Of a DNA stretch of 64,000 bases, positions 40,045 through 56,802 are shown in pieces. Each line of letters starts with the position of its first letter. Position 1 is the first letter of the stretch. The notes under the pieces were generated by a model, which saw nothing but the letters and a program-made list of their open reading frames with translations, ran no database searches and was not told where the DNA came from. This DNA is from the human T2T-CHM13v2.0 reference genome, Homo sapiens. A program made the position numbers and the translations under genes. The stretch lies in the NCBI RefSeq assembly GCF_009914755.1, contig NC_060927.1; one strand, written 5' to 3'.

Positions 40045-40285
40045 GGCAGTGGTCAAGACCAGGAAGCCTAAAGTCAGATCTCTGCTTAGTTAAGTGACTT
40101 TGAATTCCCACAGGTAGCAGAGCCCTGTGGGAATTCAAAGTCACTTAACCAATCTGTGCCACAGTTCTCTCATCTGCAAACTGGGGATGATAACAGAACT
40201 CACTGTATAGAGGTCTCATGAGGACCAAATGAGTTAATACATGTAAAGCTCTTAGAACAATGCTAGCATAAATGAAACCTGCTGT
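40045..40285 (+). mobile_element. MIR relic
   Basis: AAGTCACTTAACC..CAGTTCTCTCATCTGCAAACTGGGGATGATAACAG..AAATGAGTTAATACATGTAAAGCTCTTAGAACA. Confidence 0.8.
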
Positions 40286-41063
40286 AATAAACACATATTT
40301 GGGCTGCTGTCTCAGAAGAGGATGCCAACACAAAGTTCCAAAGGCACTGAGATGGGTAGCATTTCACCAAATAAGAAAAGTATTTGGTGGCCAAAATACA
40401 CATACCTTTCCCAGTAACGCTAACCCAGAGAGTCTTCAGAGTCTTGAATTTTCACCCAGCCGTAAGGTTCTTGGCTTGAAGCAACAATCTAGTTAGGAAC
40501 CATTGTTTAGCCTCTGCCCCAGGGGGTCACTCTGCTTTCTTTTTCCCCATGATTGCTCTGGGAAGTTGGGGATGGCATAGTCGCTTGCCATGCCCCTCAA
40601 CCTTTCTCCAATGGAGACATTTAGAGTACAAGCAGATCTACCTCTGAGATAATACTTCATCTTCATTATTTGTTTTTGTATTCAGAGCAAATGCTGTCCT
40701 TTTTCAAGATGGGGAGCACAATTGTAGATAATCCAAAAAAGGGTAAAATCTGTAAATAAGTTCTGTCCAACTTCAGAATATATCAGGATATATGAGTTGC
40801 TTTTTCTGATTCTTTCCAGCACAAACTATTATTAAAAGGAGCTCAGTTTCAGAAGCTTTCTCCACGTGCTGACAGGAGAAAGACATCCCAATGTCCGTTA
40901 GGGGACCATGGGGGCTGGATGAGCATAGAACATTTGCCATAGAAAATCTAGACACTGGCGTCTGAGGGTCTTAACTGTACAGCCCTTGCTGGGTCCTTCA
41001 GCATGGTGGACAGAAGGGAACAACTAATGAATGCTTATCTATTATTATCTTTGTTCTTTTTAG

Positions 41064-41174
<111 letters not shown>

Positions 41175-41489
41175 TGAGCAGCTGATGAGCAGGTGGAAAT
41201 GCTTCTCTGCTTGGCATAATGGATGGATATTTAGCTATCCTTTTTTCCTAATTTTTCTTTACTGGCCACTGCAAACCTTAAGCATGGAAAAAAAGCAAAA
41301 ACAGTATATGTCTGTATTTTGTTTTATCTCATCCTATCTTGACCAAAGTGATTTTGTACGAGGCAAATTTGTCTCCATGCCTCCACACCAAACCTAGGAA
41401 GTCATAAAGCACATGTTTAGAGGAGGGCCACTATGATGCAGTTGTTGATTAATATATTTCACTTCTGCTTCATATACAGCTCTCACAAA

Positions 41490-41790
41490 TGTAGTGTTTC
41501 CGAAAGTGTGATCCTTGGACCTCAGTCCACATCTATTAAATCAGAATCTCTTGCGGGGAGCCCAACAACCTGAGTTTTAAGGAGGCCTCTGGGTAACTGA
41601 ACTCCACTCAAGTTTGAGAATCACTTCTCTAATGCAATTGATTCAACCTTTTTTGGGAAAAAAAAACTGATATCTGAATCCCATGCCTGAGGTTCTGCTA
41701 TGATTGGCCTGACTGTGGCCTGAGCATTGGGATATTTTAAAGTTTCTGGTGAGAGTGATGTGCAGCCAGGGCTGAACACCTCTGCTATAA
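41490..41790. mobile_element. Two adjacent MER5-family hAT relics in opposite orientation
   Basis: TAAATCAGAATCTCT..AAGTTTGAGAATCACT followed by CCTGAGGTTCTG..ATTGG..GATGTGCAGCCAGGGCTGA. Confidence 0.55.
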
Positions 41791-43201
41791 TAGAAGCCAG
41801 GAGAAGAGTGAGGCTGATGTGCCTTGTCAGATCCTTTGGTTTGGAATTATGACACAATCCTGTTGGCAAATGGTGGGATCTATAAAGCCAAAAGTGACCT
41901 ATTGGCTTTACAGTAAGCAAAATCAAAGGGGTCCCTGCAGGATTCAAAGGATGAATAAGAGGGAAAGATGAAATTGGGGAAAAAGAAAATTTAGTGAGAG
42001 GCAGACTATAGCAGTGATGGCTATTTTGGCAGTCATATCAGAAGTGACAGAAACTAGAAACTCAGCCCTTTTTAAAGGTTATCTGTCTATCTGCCTACCT
42101 GTTTTCATTTTTTTCATAAATATTTGGATGTCTACTTTATGCAAGATAGTGGGCTAGGCCCCGTGGAGAATATAAAGACATTTAAACATGGTCCTTGTAC
42201 TCAAGTGTGCAAAAGAAACCTTCCCTGAGCATCTTTCTAGCCTGGCACTGCCTCAACAGAAATGATCCTACAAATGTCTTGTTGCTCAGTAAAGAAATGA
42301 CACTTGAATGGAAGGAAGCCAGATGAGGAAAAATGCACATGATTTTTTTAATGGAGCATTAATATGGAAATGGCTCTATGTATCCCACACTAGAATACCT
42401 GGGGTTAGATTTGGAACCACAGAAGAACCCAAGAAAAGTGCTCCTCTCACCTGATATTATTGGGTATCATATTGGATGCCCTCTGCCACCATTACCTCTG
42501 AGTGAGAATCTTTTTCCCTTAGGATGCTTCTGTTGATTATTCATGAACAATATCCAGAAGGGTCTTTTTGAAGTTTTAAACGCATTGTGTCCTGTCTTCC
42601 ACTTAGCACTTTTCTGACATACATGTCCTGTGCTCTGAGCATGTCTCAAACTCTTCTGCTTCCTGTCTTTGCTCACACCGCTCTCTCTGCCTAGGATAGA
42701 TTGTGTCCTCTCCACACAACACAAACACACAAACACACACACCCTTCTGTCTCTCTCTTCAAAATTCTTCCTATCCATTAAAGGTCACATGCTGCTTCCT
42801 GCATGAATCCTTTCCTTTGTACTTTGTATCTTTGTTATAGCATTTGTAATGATTTGCCTTTTGGCAGGTGAACAATGCACCTTTCTGTTACTCACATCTC
42901 CCTCCACCTGTGAGCTCCTTGAGATCTTATGCCTGATTCATATTTGTCACATCTCAGTGCCTGGCACCAGAATGTATTTTCCCTTAGTACTACATACCTC
43001 GCATCCCCATTTCTAGCCAATTTCTAGGCTTTGATAAGTCAGATATATCCCCAAATTTCCCACCCTATACCCCGTTTCCAACATAGTGCCTAGTGAGCTT
43101 CTACATTAGTTGGAAAGACTGATGGAAGCCACAAAACCAGTCCAGTAGGAGTTCTTAAAGTCTGCCCTGGAAGCGGGGACAGAAGACAGTAAACTCTCCG
43201 G

Positions 43202-43425
43202 ATTGCTTTCAAAACTTTCCAAAAGGCATAATCTTTGCAGCTTATTTTCATTCCATCAGAAGAGTTTCCCTAACTTCTACACTTAGGAACCATCTGCTTT
43301 AGGCCCTCATTCTATTGCTTTCAAAACTTTCCAAAAGGCATAATCTTTGTGGCTTACTTTCATTCCATCAGAAGAGTTTCCCTAAGTTCTACACTTAGGA
43401 ACCATTTGCTTTAGGCCCTCATTCT
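43202..43425. repeat. Tandem duplication, 2 x 112 bp
   Basis: Copies 43202-43313 and 43314-43425 differ at 5 positions with no indels. Confidence 0.95.
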
Positions 43426-43497
43426 ATAAATGAGATAAACCCTTAATAAAGGCAGTCACCTAATATCCATTACTGTAAAGAGAACACAGAGAATTAA

Positions 43498-43837
<340 letters not shown>

Positions 43838-44334
43838 GATCCAGAATGTTTGACCCATCACACAGCATGGGTGTGATGTCTAAGCTTGGTTTGACTGATG
43901 TAGGCCCCTCCCTCTCTGCTCCACATGCAGCTTTCCTTAAGCTGGGCTTTTCATCAGAGAGGAAAGAGTGCCAAAGGTGCATTGTTGCTTGTGCTTTCTT
44001 GCCAAAGCTCCCAGATAAACTCACAAGGTTCAGTTGCCTGAAGAGAGTCAAGCTGCATCTGTTTTGCCCATCATCCTCAAACAAGTCTTGCAAGTACACA
44101 CCTCTGGGAAAGAGGCAAATGGTGACAAAATTGCTACTTTCTGGGATAGAAATAATTTCTGATAGGCATTGGAATAATTTTTTAAATTATTATTATCTCT
44201 CCTCCACCCTTCTTCATAGCCCCATAACAAGTCCTATCTAGTCCATCTTTAAAATATTTCTTTTATTCTTCCCAATGCTTTATTCTCACTAATTCTAGCT
44301 TAGGGCATGCCCCTACATTGCATACCTGGACCTA

Positions 44335-45334
<1,000 letters not shown>

Positions 45335-46219
45335 TAAGATCTGTGATGCTTTACCATTGAAAAACTTACCATCATATCCTAACTCTTTTCTAACTCAAAC
45401 CCATCAATGACCCAACCTTGCATATCTAACTGTATTTTTCACTTCTTATAGAAGGTGGGTGTGCATCCTCTGTACCATTCAGTCATGGTCCTCATCATCA
45501 TCTAAACACACAATGATTATTTCAGCCGATACAGTTTTGTGTTTGATGTAAGTGAGTGTCATTCCTCCAACCTTTTACTTAACCCACCCCCACTGCCCAC
45601 CTCACCTCTTAGCCCCAGGTGAGGTTGAGGCCTTATCTCTACTAACCACCCGGCCACTCCCAACCCCAGTAATCTCTCAATTTTTATTGGCTATACCATT
45701 TCCTCTATTGTCTTTTGTTGATCTCTAGTTCATGTGCGTTGAGTATTCTCATCTAGACTGTAAGCTTTTTGAGGGGAGGGAGAAAAATATACCTTTCTCT
45801 GACCCTTATAACCCCTAGACTTTGGGGAGTAGAAGATCATTTTGGAGGTAGGATAGAGAGTAGATTAAAAGGAGAGACTAGAAGCACAAACAGCAGTTGG
45901 AGGCCACGGCCCTAGCCTGGGCATGAGTGATGAGGGTGATGTCCCTGGAAATGGAAAGGAAAGATTTGTCACCAGGGATAACAGAGGAGAAATGACTAAA
46001 ATTGACTCCATGGTTTCTAGCTTAGGAGACCTGAAGAATGAAGGAGGTGCTATTTATCACAATGAACATTTATAAGAAATAAAGTGATGACCCTAAGTTG
46101 GGATGTGTTAAATTTAAAGAGAAGGATGGTATTAATAAAGGAGATATATCCTTGTGCTATTTTAAGGAGACTGAAGGCAGGGAAACACTCCTCAGGAGCC
46201 ATCAGAATAGATGTCAGAG

Positions 46220-46787
<568 letters not shown>

Positions 46788-47085
46788 TAAGGATAGGAAT
46801 GCTTCCACCTGAAGACCTTTCTTCTACCTAGGGCAGAACTTCAGCCCACACTGGCATCGCTGTCCTATCCCATGGAAATCCAGATGCCTATTTTAAGGCA
46901 GAAGGGGGAGAAAAGGGAGCAGGAATAAGTTGTGACTATTTTCTCATCTACCTACCACTGCACAGCTTTTAGCAATTGCCTTCTCAGGCACTGACTGGCT
47001 CCTAGAGGCTTTCTTGTCCCTCCTTACAGAAGCAGATTCCTCCTGGTAGCCCCTGCTTTTGATGAAATCAAGAGTCAGAGTCTTG

Positions 47086-47403
<318 letters not shown>

Positions 47404-48635
47404 GTCAGAGTCCTAAGGGCAGTGCCAGTTTACATGGGTAGTCGAGGCCAGGGTGGCACCTACCATTGTCTGTGTTTGTCAAGACGATGAGGATTTTGAG
47501 GGAAAATAGTCAAAGGGTACATATTAAAACACAACGGTATTCTTATATCTGTAGGTTCTCGCATGTTAGGGGTTCTTCTGGAGCCAACCAAGAGATTTGG
47601 ATTTTCCTTCAAAATCTTATCTTTAAAAGTTAAATAACCAAATATGCAAAACACTAAGTAATTTGGGTTCATCCTTGTCATATAAGAATGCATTGATACA
47701 TTGAAAATAATGTCATTTCCACAGAAAGCCTGGGGAATTGACACAAGTAGTTAAATAACCCCCATCTATATTAATACCTAAAGTTTAGGGGTAGAGTTTT
47801 CCCTCATTTGAAATATCCTGCTGGTTGCTCCTTTAATGCAAAGATAAAGGGATAGTAGGGGACATGTTATAAGTACATTGTGTAATTTCAGAGAAAATCT
47901 GATGTAATTCAGCTCATGTTTAGAGATGTCTGCAAAAACTTGCATAATCTCATTTCACTGAACTTGAAAACCAGTCTAATTTTAAATCTGCCATTCTAGT
48001 CACACTGGAGTGAGTCCACCATTCCCAGCCCATGGAATCTCCCTGGCTTAGCACTATGAGAGGCGTGAGGGCAGCAGTGCAGTGAAGGTGCAGGAGGCTG
48101 TGCCCTGGTAGGGTTTTCTGTCCTCTGAGTCAGAGTGGGGCCGTGCCACATCATTTCCCTTCAGCCTCATCCCTGCAATTCTTCTCCTTCCTCATCTCCA
48201 AGAAGAGGCTACAGACATCTGCTTCCAGTGCTCCAGCCAACCAACCCTGCAGAAATGGCTTAAAGTGTTACAACTGGACATCACACCCTCGGCCTTTCCT
48301 GAGGACTAGTGTGAGAAAAGAGTGTGCAGCCACCCCAGCTGTCCTGACAGAACTGCTTTCCCTTCTTTGTTTTTTGAAATTTCTTATATGAAGACATAAT
48401 AAATTCTTGTGAGATCTCAGGACAGGGGTGTAGGGAATCCTCTCTCCTGAGAAATGGGTATACGTTCTATCTTTAGATGACAGCTGCATAGGCCATTCTT
48501 TACGTGTGGCTATTAGAAAGTTAGCATTGAATTTTGTGGTTGCTTACAGTAGAATCCCTTAGCCCAGATTTTGTGTGTAATTATCTTCTTCTTTCCTATC
48601 CCACTTGATGCTTGGCCTTTTAAAATTATTTTTCA

Positions 48636-48943
<308 letters not shown>

Positions 48944-49396
48944 TTATTTTTCTTGTGCTAACAGACTTAAAAAAATTGATTTTTATGGTTTTGAATGTAT
49001 GTATCCCACCCAAAGGTTGTTCAGGAATTGGTGGGGTTGTGAATTTAAAAAGGAAAAACAAAAGGAAAGAAAGACAAACCAATGCTGACTCAACTATCCA
49101 CACTGCCAGTGTCTTAAATCAACTAAGATGCAGTTCTAAAAGAAATATAGCTTTTTACCTCTCCCTTTAACCCTGTAAGGTGTAAGCCCCCTAGGATGAA
49201 TTATGTGGCATAGACAAGGGAGAGAAGTTGAGGATGGAATAGGCTTGTGTTTTGCTGTGGGCAGTCGAAGGAGTGGGCTCTGGACCTTTGTTCGGGAATT
49301 GAGTGTTTTAGGAAGAATTGCCTATAGAGGTAGCTAAGAAGTGGAAAAATAAAGTGGCAGGAATTTGATTGTGAGGAAGTCATCAAATTATTTTTA

Positions 49397-49829
<433 letters not shown>

Positions 49830-51871
49830 TCAAATACATGTATATTTAATTGTCAGTATCCTCTGGGTTCATCACTTTAGGTATGGCGTGAAAGTAGAAA
49901 CTTTACGTCAGAGCGCTCAATATTCTTCATGTAAATCTGCTGTGGCTTTACAAAAGGATCCTAAATTAAATGTGGAGCCTTCTCCTTATCATAAAGTATA
50001 GCAAGGATCAGGGAAAATTTATTGGCCCAGCTGGTAGATTGGTAGACTTGCTAAATTGTTTTGGGCAGGGGGGGATTAAACTAATTCATGTTTTCTGTCA
50101 CAAATTGAAGCATATTTCTTGTTTTTTCTCTTATGTTTTGCCTCAGGATTTTCTTTGATGATATATGAAAATAAGATTGGGAAGGTTAAAATAAGGAAAG
50201 GGGTGGGAGAATCTGAGAACTTTAGGTTGGCAGAAGTAAATACCACTTTCTGAACAAGGGTGACGTTATACTGACTGGAGCCAAGGGCAAAGCTGAGCAC
50301 TGATCACTTCTCCCTCTCAAACATGTGCTCTAGGGGGTGCACTTCTTCTTTGTACACTCAAAGCTCCCTTATTCCTAGGGGAATGTATCCAAGGATTGGA
50401 TTTTTCGATCAAACCCTCACTAATTAGATATCTTACCAAGTATAAAGCTTGACTAAAAATTTCAAGGATACAAGTAATTCCAAGACAGAGGTGACACAGG
50501 AAAGGGCCAGGACCACCAGTGCAGCTCCAAGCCCTTTCTTGCAGCCAGGATGTGCTGCGGCCAGGTTGATCTACAAGGTCTGTAAATTATGTATGTCACA
50601 TTGTATCACTTGCCCTGAAGAGAGCCAATTGGTCATGAAAGATATTCCCTTTTTACTTAGATAGTTGCATAGCTTATGTGACACCTTCCAGAGAGCTATG
50701 CCTCTAAAGCCACAGATTCTAGGATTGTTTACCATAAGAAGCCCTAGACAGACCAGATTTATCCTATTAAAAGCATTTCCTAGATAAGTCCTCTCTTGCT
50801 AGCAAGTACCATTAGGTTATTTGTCAAGAGGTCTGTCATTAACGTGTTTACAAGATTTGATCTGGTGAACTTCTTTATTTCTGGGAAAGGCACCTCCACT
50901 CAACATGCATCCCCTGCCCCCTCGAGGAGAGAGTATGGTTTGCAGATCTGTTGCTTAACCATTCCCTTCTCAGTGTCAAAGGGAGCAAGATACAGTGACC
51001 CTGATAGGAAAAATGAAAAGCCAACATTCTTCTGGTTTGGGCAAAAATCATTCCAAGTGGTCTTATGATTCTCAAGATAGTTGGAAATGATCTTTCCTCC
51101 ACCAACCAGATACTATATATCTTTTATGGGGATGGTGATGACTGAGTCTCCAATGAGGAAATACAAAAGAAAGGACACACTCCCCAGCTCCCCAGGAGGT
51201 AAAAGAAAGAGGGTATTGCCCCTGGAAGCCTCAATGGGGGACAGAATATAGGAGAGACAGGGTTGATGTGGTGGATAAAGTGCCAGACTTGGATTCAGGA
51301 GACCTGGATTCAGGCCCCTGCATAGCCTCCACTGAGTTATATAACCTGAGGAAAATCACTTCATCTCTCTTAATCGCACTTACCTCATCTGACAATGAAA
51401 TAGCCTAGAAGCCCATCTATTGGCCCCAGATTAGGAACTCCTGATCCATATGATCTAAAAATATTTTATTACTCTGGGATGTCATAAGCCTATTAAGTCT
51501 CCAACCTCAAGTTGTTCCCAGTGGGATGGAAGTCAGCATTCAGGCTGTAGAGGCTTGTAAATAAAAGTGGTGTCAGCAGTAAGCATGCAGGGATATTTGG
51601 GTACTGCATAGCACACTCTTTATCTTCCCTTTATCCTCCTCATTCTTCTCTTTATTCTCTTTATTGGATTATACAATACTGCACCTCTGTTCACGTGCTT
51701 TGCCAGGGTAGTCCCTTCTCTAAGAGGGCAGTCCAGTGACAGAGAATGCCTCAGTTGCTGCCTTACAGGTCAAGCCATTTGGGAGTTGGGTTGGATTGAG
51801 TTAGTTTGGGCTAGATTGGGCTGAGAATGCTCAGTGTGGGAGAAAAATAGTGCTTGAATTCTTAGAGATAA

Positions 51872-52171
<300 letters not shown>

Positions 52172-52564
52172 TGACACGGGGGAGCTTGTATCATGGGAGG
52201 GAAGTGGCATGAAGTTAGACAAGGTGCAAGGCTGGAAGAGAGAAGAAATGACAAGTAGTTACATAGGCCCTTGTCATGTGAGAGGGGCTCCACAAGGACC
52301 AATTTGGCTAGCACCCTGCTTCTAGGAAGGACCAGGCCTAAGCCACTGGAGGTTATGTGGACATGTTGCTGCCCATGAGACAGTCCAGGACAGGCCATCA
52401 CCCTCACTGTTGATGTGCTAGAGCTTCCAACCTACAGCAGTCTTGTTAGTCTGCATAGCATCTGCATTACATTGCCTTGGTCATCACAATGAATAGAAAG
52501 CCTGATCACATAAACACACACAGACACACATACACACAAAACATACCATCTTCAGCCTTATGCT

Positions 52565-52682
52565 CTTTTTTTGTTATTATGGTAAAATATACATAATATG
52601 TATAACATAAATTTACCATTTTAACCATTTTTGAATGTACAGTTCGGTGGCATTAAATACATTCACATTCTTGTGCAACCAG
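52565..52682 (-). mobile_element. Short L1MB-like 3' end, antisense
   Basis: TGGTAAAATATACATAA..AATTTACCATTTTAACCATTTTT..TGTACAGTTC..CATTCACATT..TGTGCAACCA. Confidence 0.8.
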
Positions 52683-52876
52683 CATTTTGTCCTCTAGAAG
52701 GTTAGTAAGTCCAGCCAAACAACTCTGATAAGACTTCAGTCAGATGAAGCTATCTTCTTGGGACCAGAAACCTGTAGAGTAAGATTCCAATAAAGTGGTC
52801 TTAACACTGCAGAATGAGTGGGCAGAGCAGCCATACTGGGGTGGAATTTGTTAGATGAGTTAAGATTTAACATTTT

Positions 52877-53169
<293 letters not shown>

Positions 53170-53509
53170 CTAAAGGAAATGTGTATAGTCTGTTGCAAAT
53201 ATGTAAACACGTGGGCTGTTTTTTCTCTTCTGGACTCCATCCTACTCCGCCAATACCACCAACACCACCTTGGGAGACTTGATACGGTCTCCATACTTCC
53301 CAGACCATCCTTAGCACCAGAAGCCTCAATTCTTAGAGCAAAGGAGCCCTGGCTATTTTCCCTAGGCTGAGCAGGAACCATCTCAATGTATTCCTGTTGA
53401 CATTTTTCTCCACTCCTTTCCTCTCTGTTTGTACCTTCCCCTCCACCCCACCCTGGAAGTACCTGCAAGTACCCAGCTCCTCCAGTCTGTCCCTGACCTA
53501 TGCTCTGGA

Positions 53510-53700
53510 TCCAGCTACTCCATGCATGGTCTGTTTACCAGCAGCAGCAACAGCACCTGGGAGCTTGTCAGAAGTGCACATTCATGGACTCACCCCACAC
53601 CTACTAAATCAGAATATCTGGGGAGGTTGGAGGGTGGGCAGTAATCTGTGTTTTCACAAGCTCTCCAGGTGATCCTTATGCACAGTAAAGTTTGAGAGCA
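53510..53700. mobile_element. MER5A relic
   Basis: CAGCAGCAACAGCACCTGGGAGCTTGTCAGAA..CCTACTAAATCAGAA..AATCTGTGTTTT..CCAGGTGAT..AAAGTTTGAGA. Confidence 0.8.
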
Positions 53701-53800
53701 TCTCTTAAAAACTTCAAGTGGTATAAATATAAACTGTTGAAGGCTTGTGCAAAGTAATCAAAGGGAGGAATTCTAGAAATGGAATATAAGAATTAAGGTA

Positions 53801-54107
<307 letters not shown>

Positions 54108-54508
54108 TCAGTCAGGCAGTGTTTGTCCTCAACCCCACTCATAGCTACAAGTCAGGAACAGTAGAAAGTTGTGGAGGACAAAGGAGCTATGGGATTTGCC
54201 CTTGCAGGAGGCCAACTGTGGGTGTGTGAAGGTGTGAGGTTGCATAGGACCTTTGCAGGAGATTCCACTAATATTGGTTATGTATATAAAAGACATGGTG
54301 CAGGAAGGGGGCAGGAGAGATCTAATTGCAATTCTCAGAGATGTCTATGGAAGTGTTCAGCAGTCTCTGGAGTTAGCAGAGAGAAAAAAACCCTTCAGTA
54401 ACTGAGGACTAACAATAAGAGAGGCCTTTCTCCAAGAGGGGGGTGGAACATGGCCCCCTGACTGTGGCAGTAGAGAAACTCCACAGGGTGGAAATGGATG
54501 TTTTTCAG

Positions 54509-54699
54509 GGTTCGACGAGAACCTGGATGTGCAGGGGGAGTTGATTCTCCAGGATGCCTTTCAAGTGTGGGACCCGAAGTCGCTGATCCGGAAGGGGCGG
54601 GAGCGGCACTTGTTCCTCTTTGAGATCTCCTTGGTTTTTAGCAAGGAGATCAAAGATTCTTCAGGACACACGAAATATGTTTACAAGAACAAGCTACTG
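54509..54699 (+). CDS. KALRN: KALRN exon M (191 nt, phase 1-0), PH1 domain
   Basis: Acceptor tttttcag|GG and donor CTG|gtaggt. Encodes (G)FDENLDVQGELILQDAFQVWDPKSLIRKGRERHLFLFEISLVFSKEIKDSSGHTKYVYKNKLL. Confidence 0.96.
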
Positions 54700-55137
54700 G
54701 TAGGTGGGGCAGGTGGGGTAAGACAAGACTCCCTGCTTTCATAGAACCCATGGGCAGGAAGGGATCTGGACACACTCATCTCATCTCCTCCCCGGCCTCC
54801 ACACCAAAACCATCCTGGACAAATGAAAATGTCTCCTATTTGGAAAGCACCCCACTCACCTCCCACGTCTGCATTGTAGAGTTCACAGTTCTTCTTTCTG
54901 TTTGCTTTTAGCACCTCCCTCTTCACCTTCCCTCCCTGGTACCTGCTAATCAGGCACGTGCCTGTAGGTCCTTTCATCCTGGGTAGATGAACAGAATATC
55001 CAATCTGTTAAAGTTTGATTGACAGAAGCCCCTCCCTCGGTCCTCTCCTCTTTGTTGCCTTTCCCTTCCCACCCCAGCCCTAAGTTTCCCCACTGCCCTC
55101 CCCTTCCCCGCCTCTCATAGGCATTTCCTGTCTACAG

Positions 55138-55239
55138 ACCTCAGAGCTGGGTGTGACCGAGCACGTGGAGGGCGATCCCTGCAAATTCGCCTTGTGGTCT
55201 GGGCGCACCCCATCCTCAGACAATAAAACAGTGCTGAAA
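55138..55239 (+). CDS. KALRN: KALRN exon N (102 nt, phase 0-0), PH1
   Basis: Acceptor gtctacag|ACC and donor AAA|gtaagt. Translated by hand as TSELGVTEHVEGDPCKFALWSGRTPSSDNKTVLK. Confidence 0.95.
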
Positions 55240-56554
55240 GTAAGTACTGCTCTCTGCTAGGCACAAACTAGGGTTGGGGATAATAGAAGTGGGGGTGGGC
55301 AAGTGACACCTCAAAGCTAAGGCCCAGAGACTCTACTGAGCCATGGGCCTCTTTTGGGAATGGCAGCATCACGTGGGCATTGAGAAGCAAATTCTATCAT
55401 GAAAGTAGACCCAGAATCTCAAAGACGCATGGTCTCCTCAAGTGCATGCACATGTGTGACCAAGAGGGAAGAAAGCAGGGAGTGGCTTGTGGGACCAGCT
55501 CAGCAAGGCCCGCTTAAACTGTGCTCTGTCCGTATCTCTTCCTTCAAGTGGCAAGAACAATTGACGCTTTGACAAAAGACACCTTGATTTGCTCCACATT
55601 CATTTGACATTTTTTCCTAAATAACTTCCGTGTAAAAGGTATAGTGCCTAGTGTGGTGGGGGATAACTATGTATAAGATATGGACCTTATTCCCTGGGAA
55701 CCTACATTCTTGAACCCCTACTAAATCACATTAGCATGGGGACCATGCTGATGGAGAGAAATGTCAAGAGGGAGCCTTTCACCAGAAGACGGCCTTGAGG
55801 AGTCATTGCAGCTCTCTGGGGCACAGCAGTGATGTTAGCCTGTCTGAGCAGCGATAATGCAGATGATGAAGTTCCCAGCAGTCATTTGCTTGTCAGGAAA
55901 GTGCCCATCACCAAGGAAAAAATGGTCCAACCCCGACAAAAGCTTCACATGTATTCACTCTGAACTGCCAGCATAGCTGCTACCTGTTGTGAGGCAGAAT
56001 TACCAGAAAAAAAATTCTACCAAGACAAATGGGATCATCATAAAATGATAGCAGTGCCTTTAGTTAACAGAGCTTGCCACAAACCCAGGACTGATTTCTA
56101 GTCAGTACAAGTCTGTGGAGCCATGCTAGGTGAACATCCTGACATATATCCATACTGATTGGGAAGTAGATGCTGCCCCTCCCAGTGCCCACCAGACCTC
56201 CCCAGGATCTAGCAACCCAGGTGTTAATCCCTGTCCCAGGGGGAACTTCCAGATACTGTTCCACCTCCAGGGCAGATATCAGGATTGGTCAGTGCCTTAT
56301 GAGTTATGAAATACTTTGACAGTTACTCCCGTACAAGTAATTCTGCATTGAATCTTGAGGTCGGAGCACTGTTCTGGGAGTTGGAGAAGCCTGTTTCTGG
56401 TATTGAAGAGTCATAAGTATGAAATGAGAAATAAACTCCCCAGACATTTGGAATCCTTGAAAATAACAGATGAAGACTGCAGGAGGGTTGAGAACTGTTT
56501 TTGGTAAGGTGATGGGAGTTGGGGTTCTCAGTCTTTCTCCCTGTGGCACTCTAG

Positions 56555-56697
56555 GCCTCCAACATTGAAACCAAGCAGGAGTGGATCAAGAACATTCGAG
56601 AAGTGATTCAAGAAAGGATCATTCACCTGAAAGGAGCTTTAAAGGAGCCACTTCAGCTCCCCAAAACACCAGCCAAACAGAGGAACAATAGTAAGAG
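56555..56697 (+). CDS. KALRN: KALRN exon O (143 nt, phase 0-2), PH1 C-terminal helix and linker
   Basis: Acceptor cactctag|GCC and donor GAG|gtaacc. Encodes ASNIETKQEWIKNIREVIQERIIHLKGALKEPLQLPKTPAKQRNNSK(R). It contains the invariant PH Trp and a T-P-x-K CDK-type site (ACA codon at 56666-56668). Confidence 0.95.
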
Positions 56698-56788
56698 GTA
56701 ACCAGCACCTCTCCCTCCAGCACTGCCTGCCTCACAGGCTTCCGGGTGCGGGAATGGGATGAATCTTTGCTTCTGAAGGGGGATGTGC

Positions 56789-56802
56789 CCAGCAGGTGGC
56801 AC
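56789..56802 (+). promoter_or_regulatory. Candidate CTCF core motif, about 90 nt downstream of exon O
   Basis: CCAGCAGGTGGCAC is a full match to CCASYAGRKGGCRS. Motif only. Confidence 0.5.
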
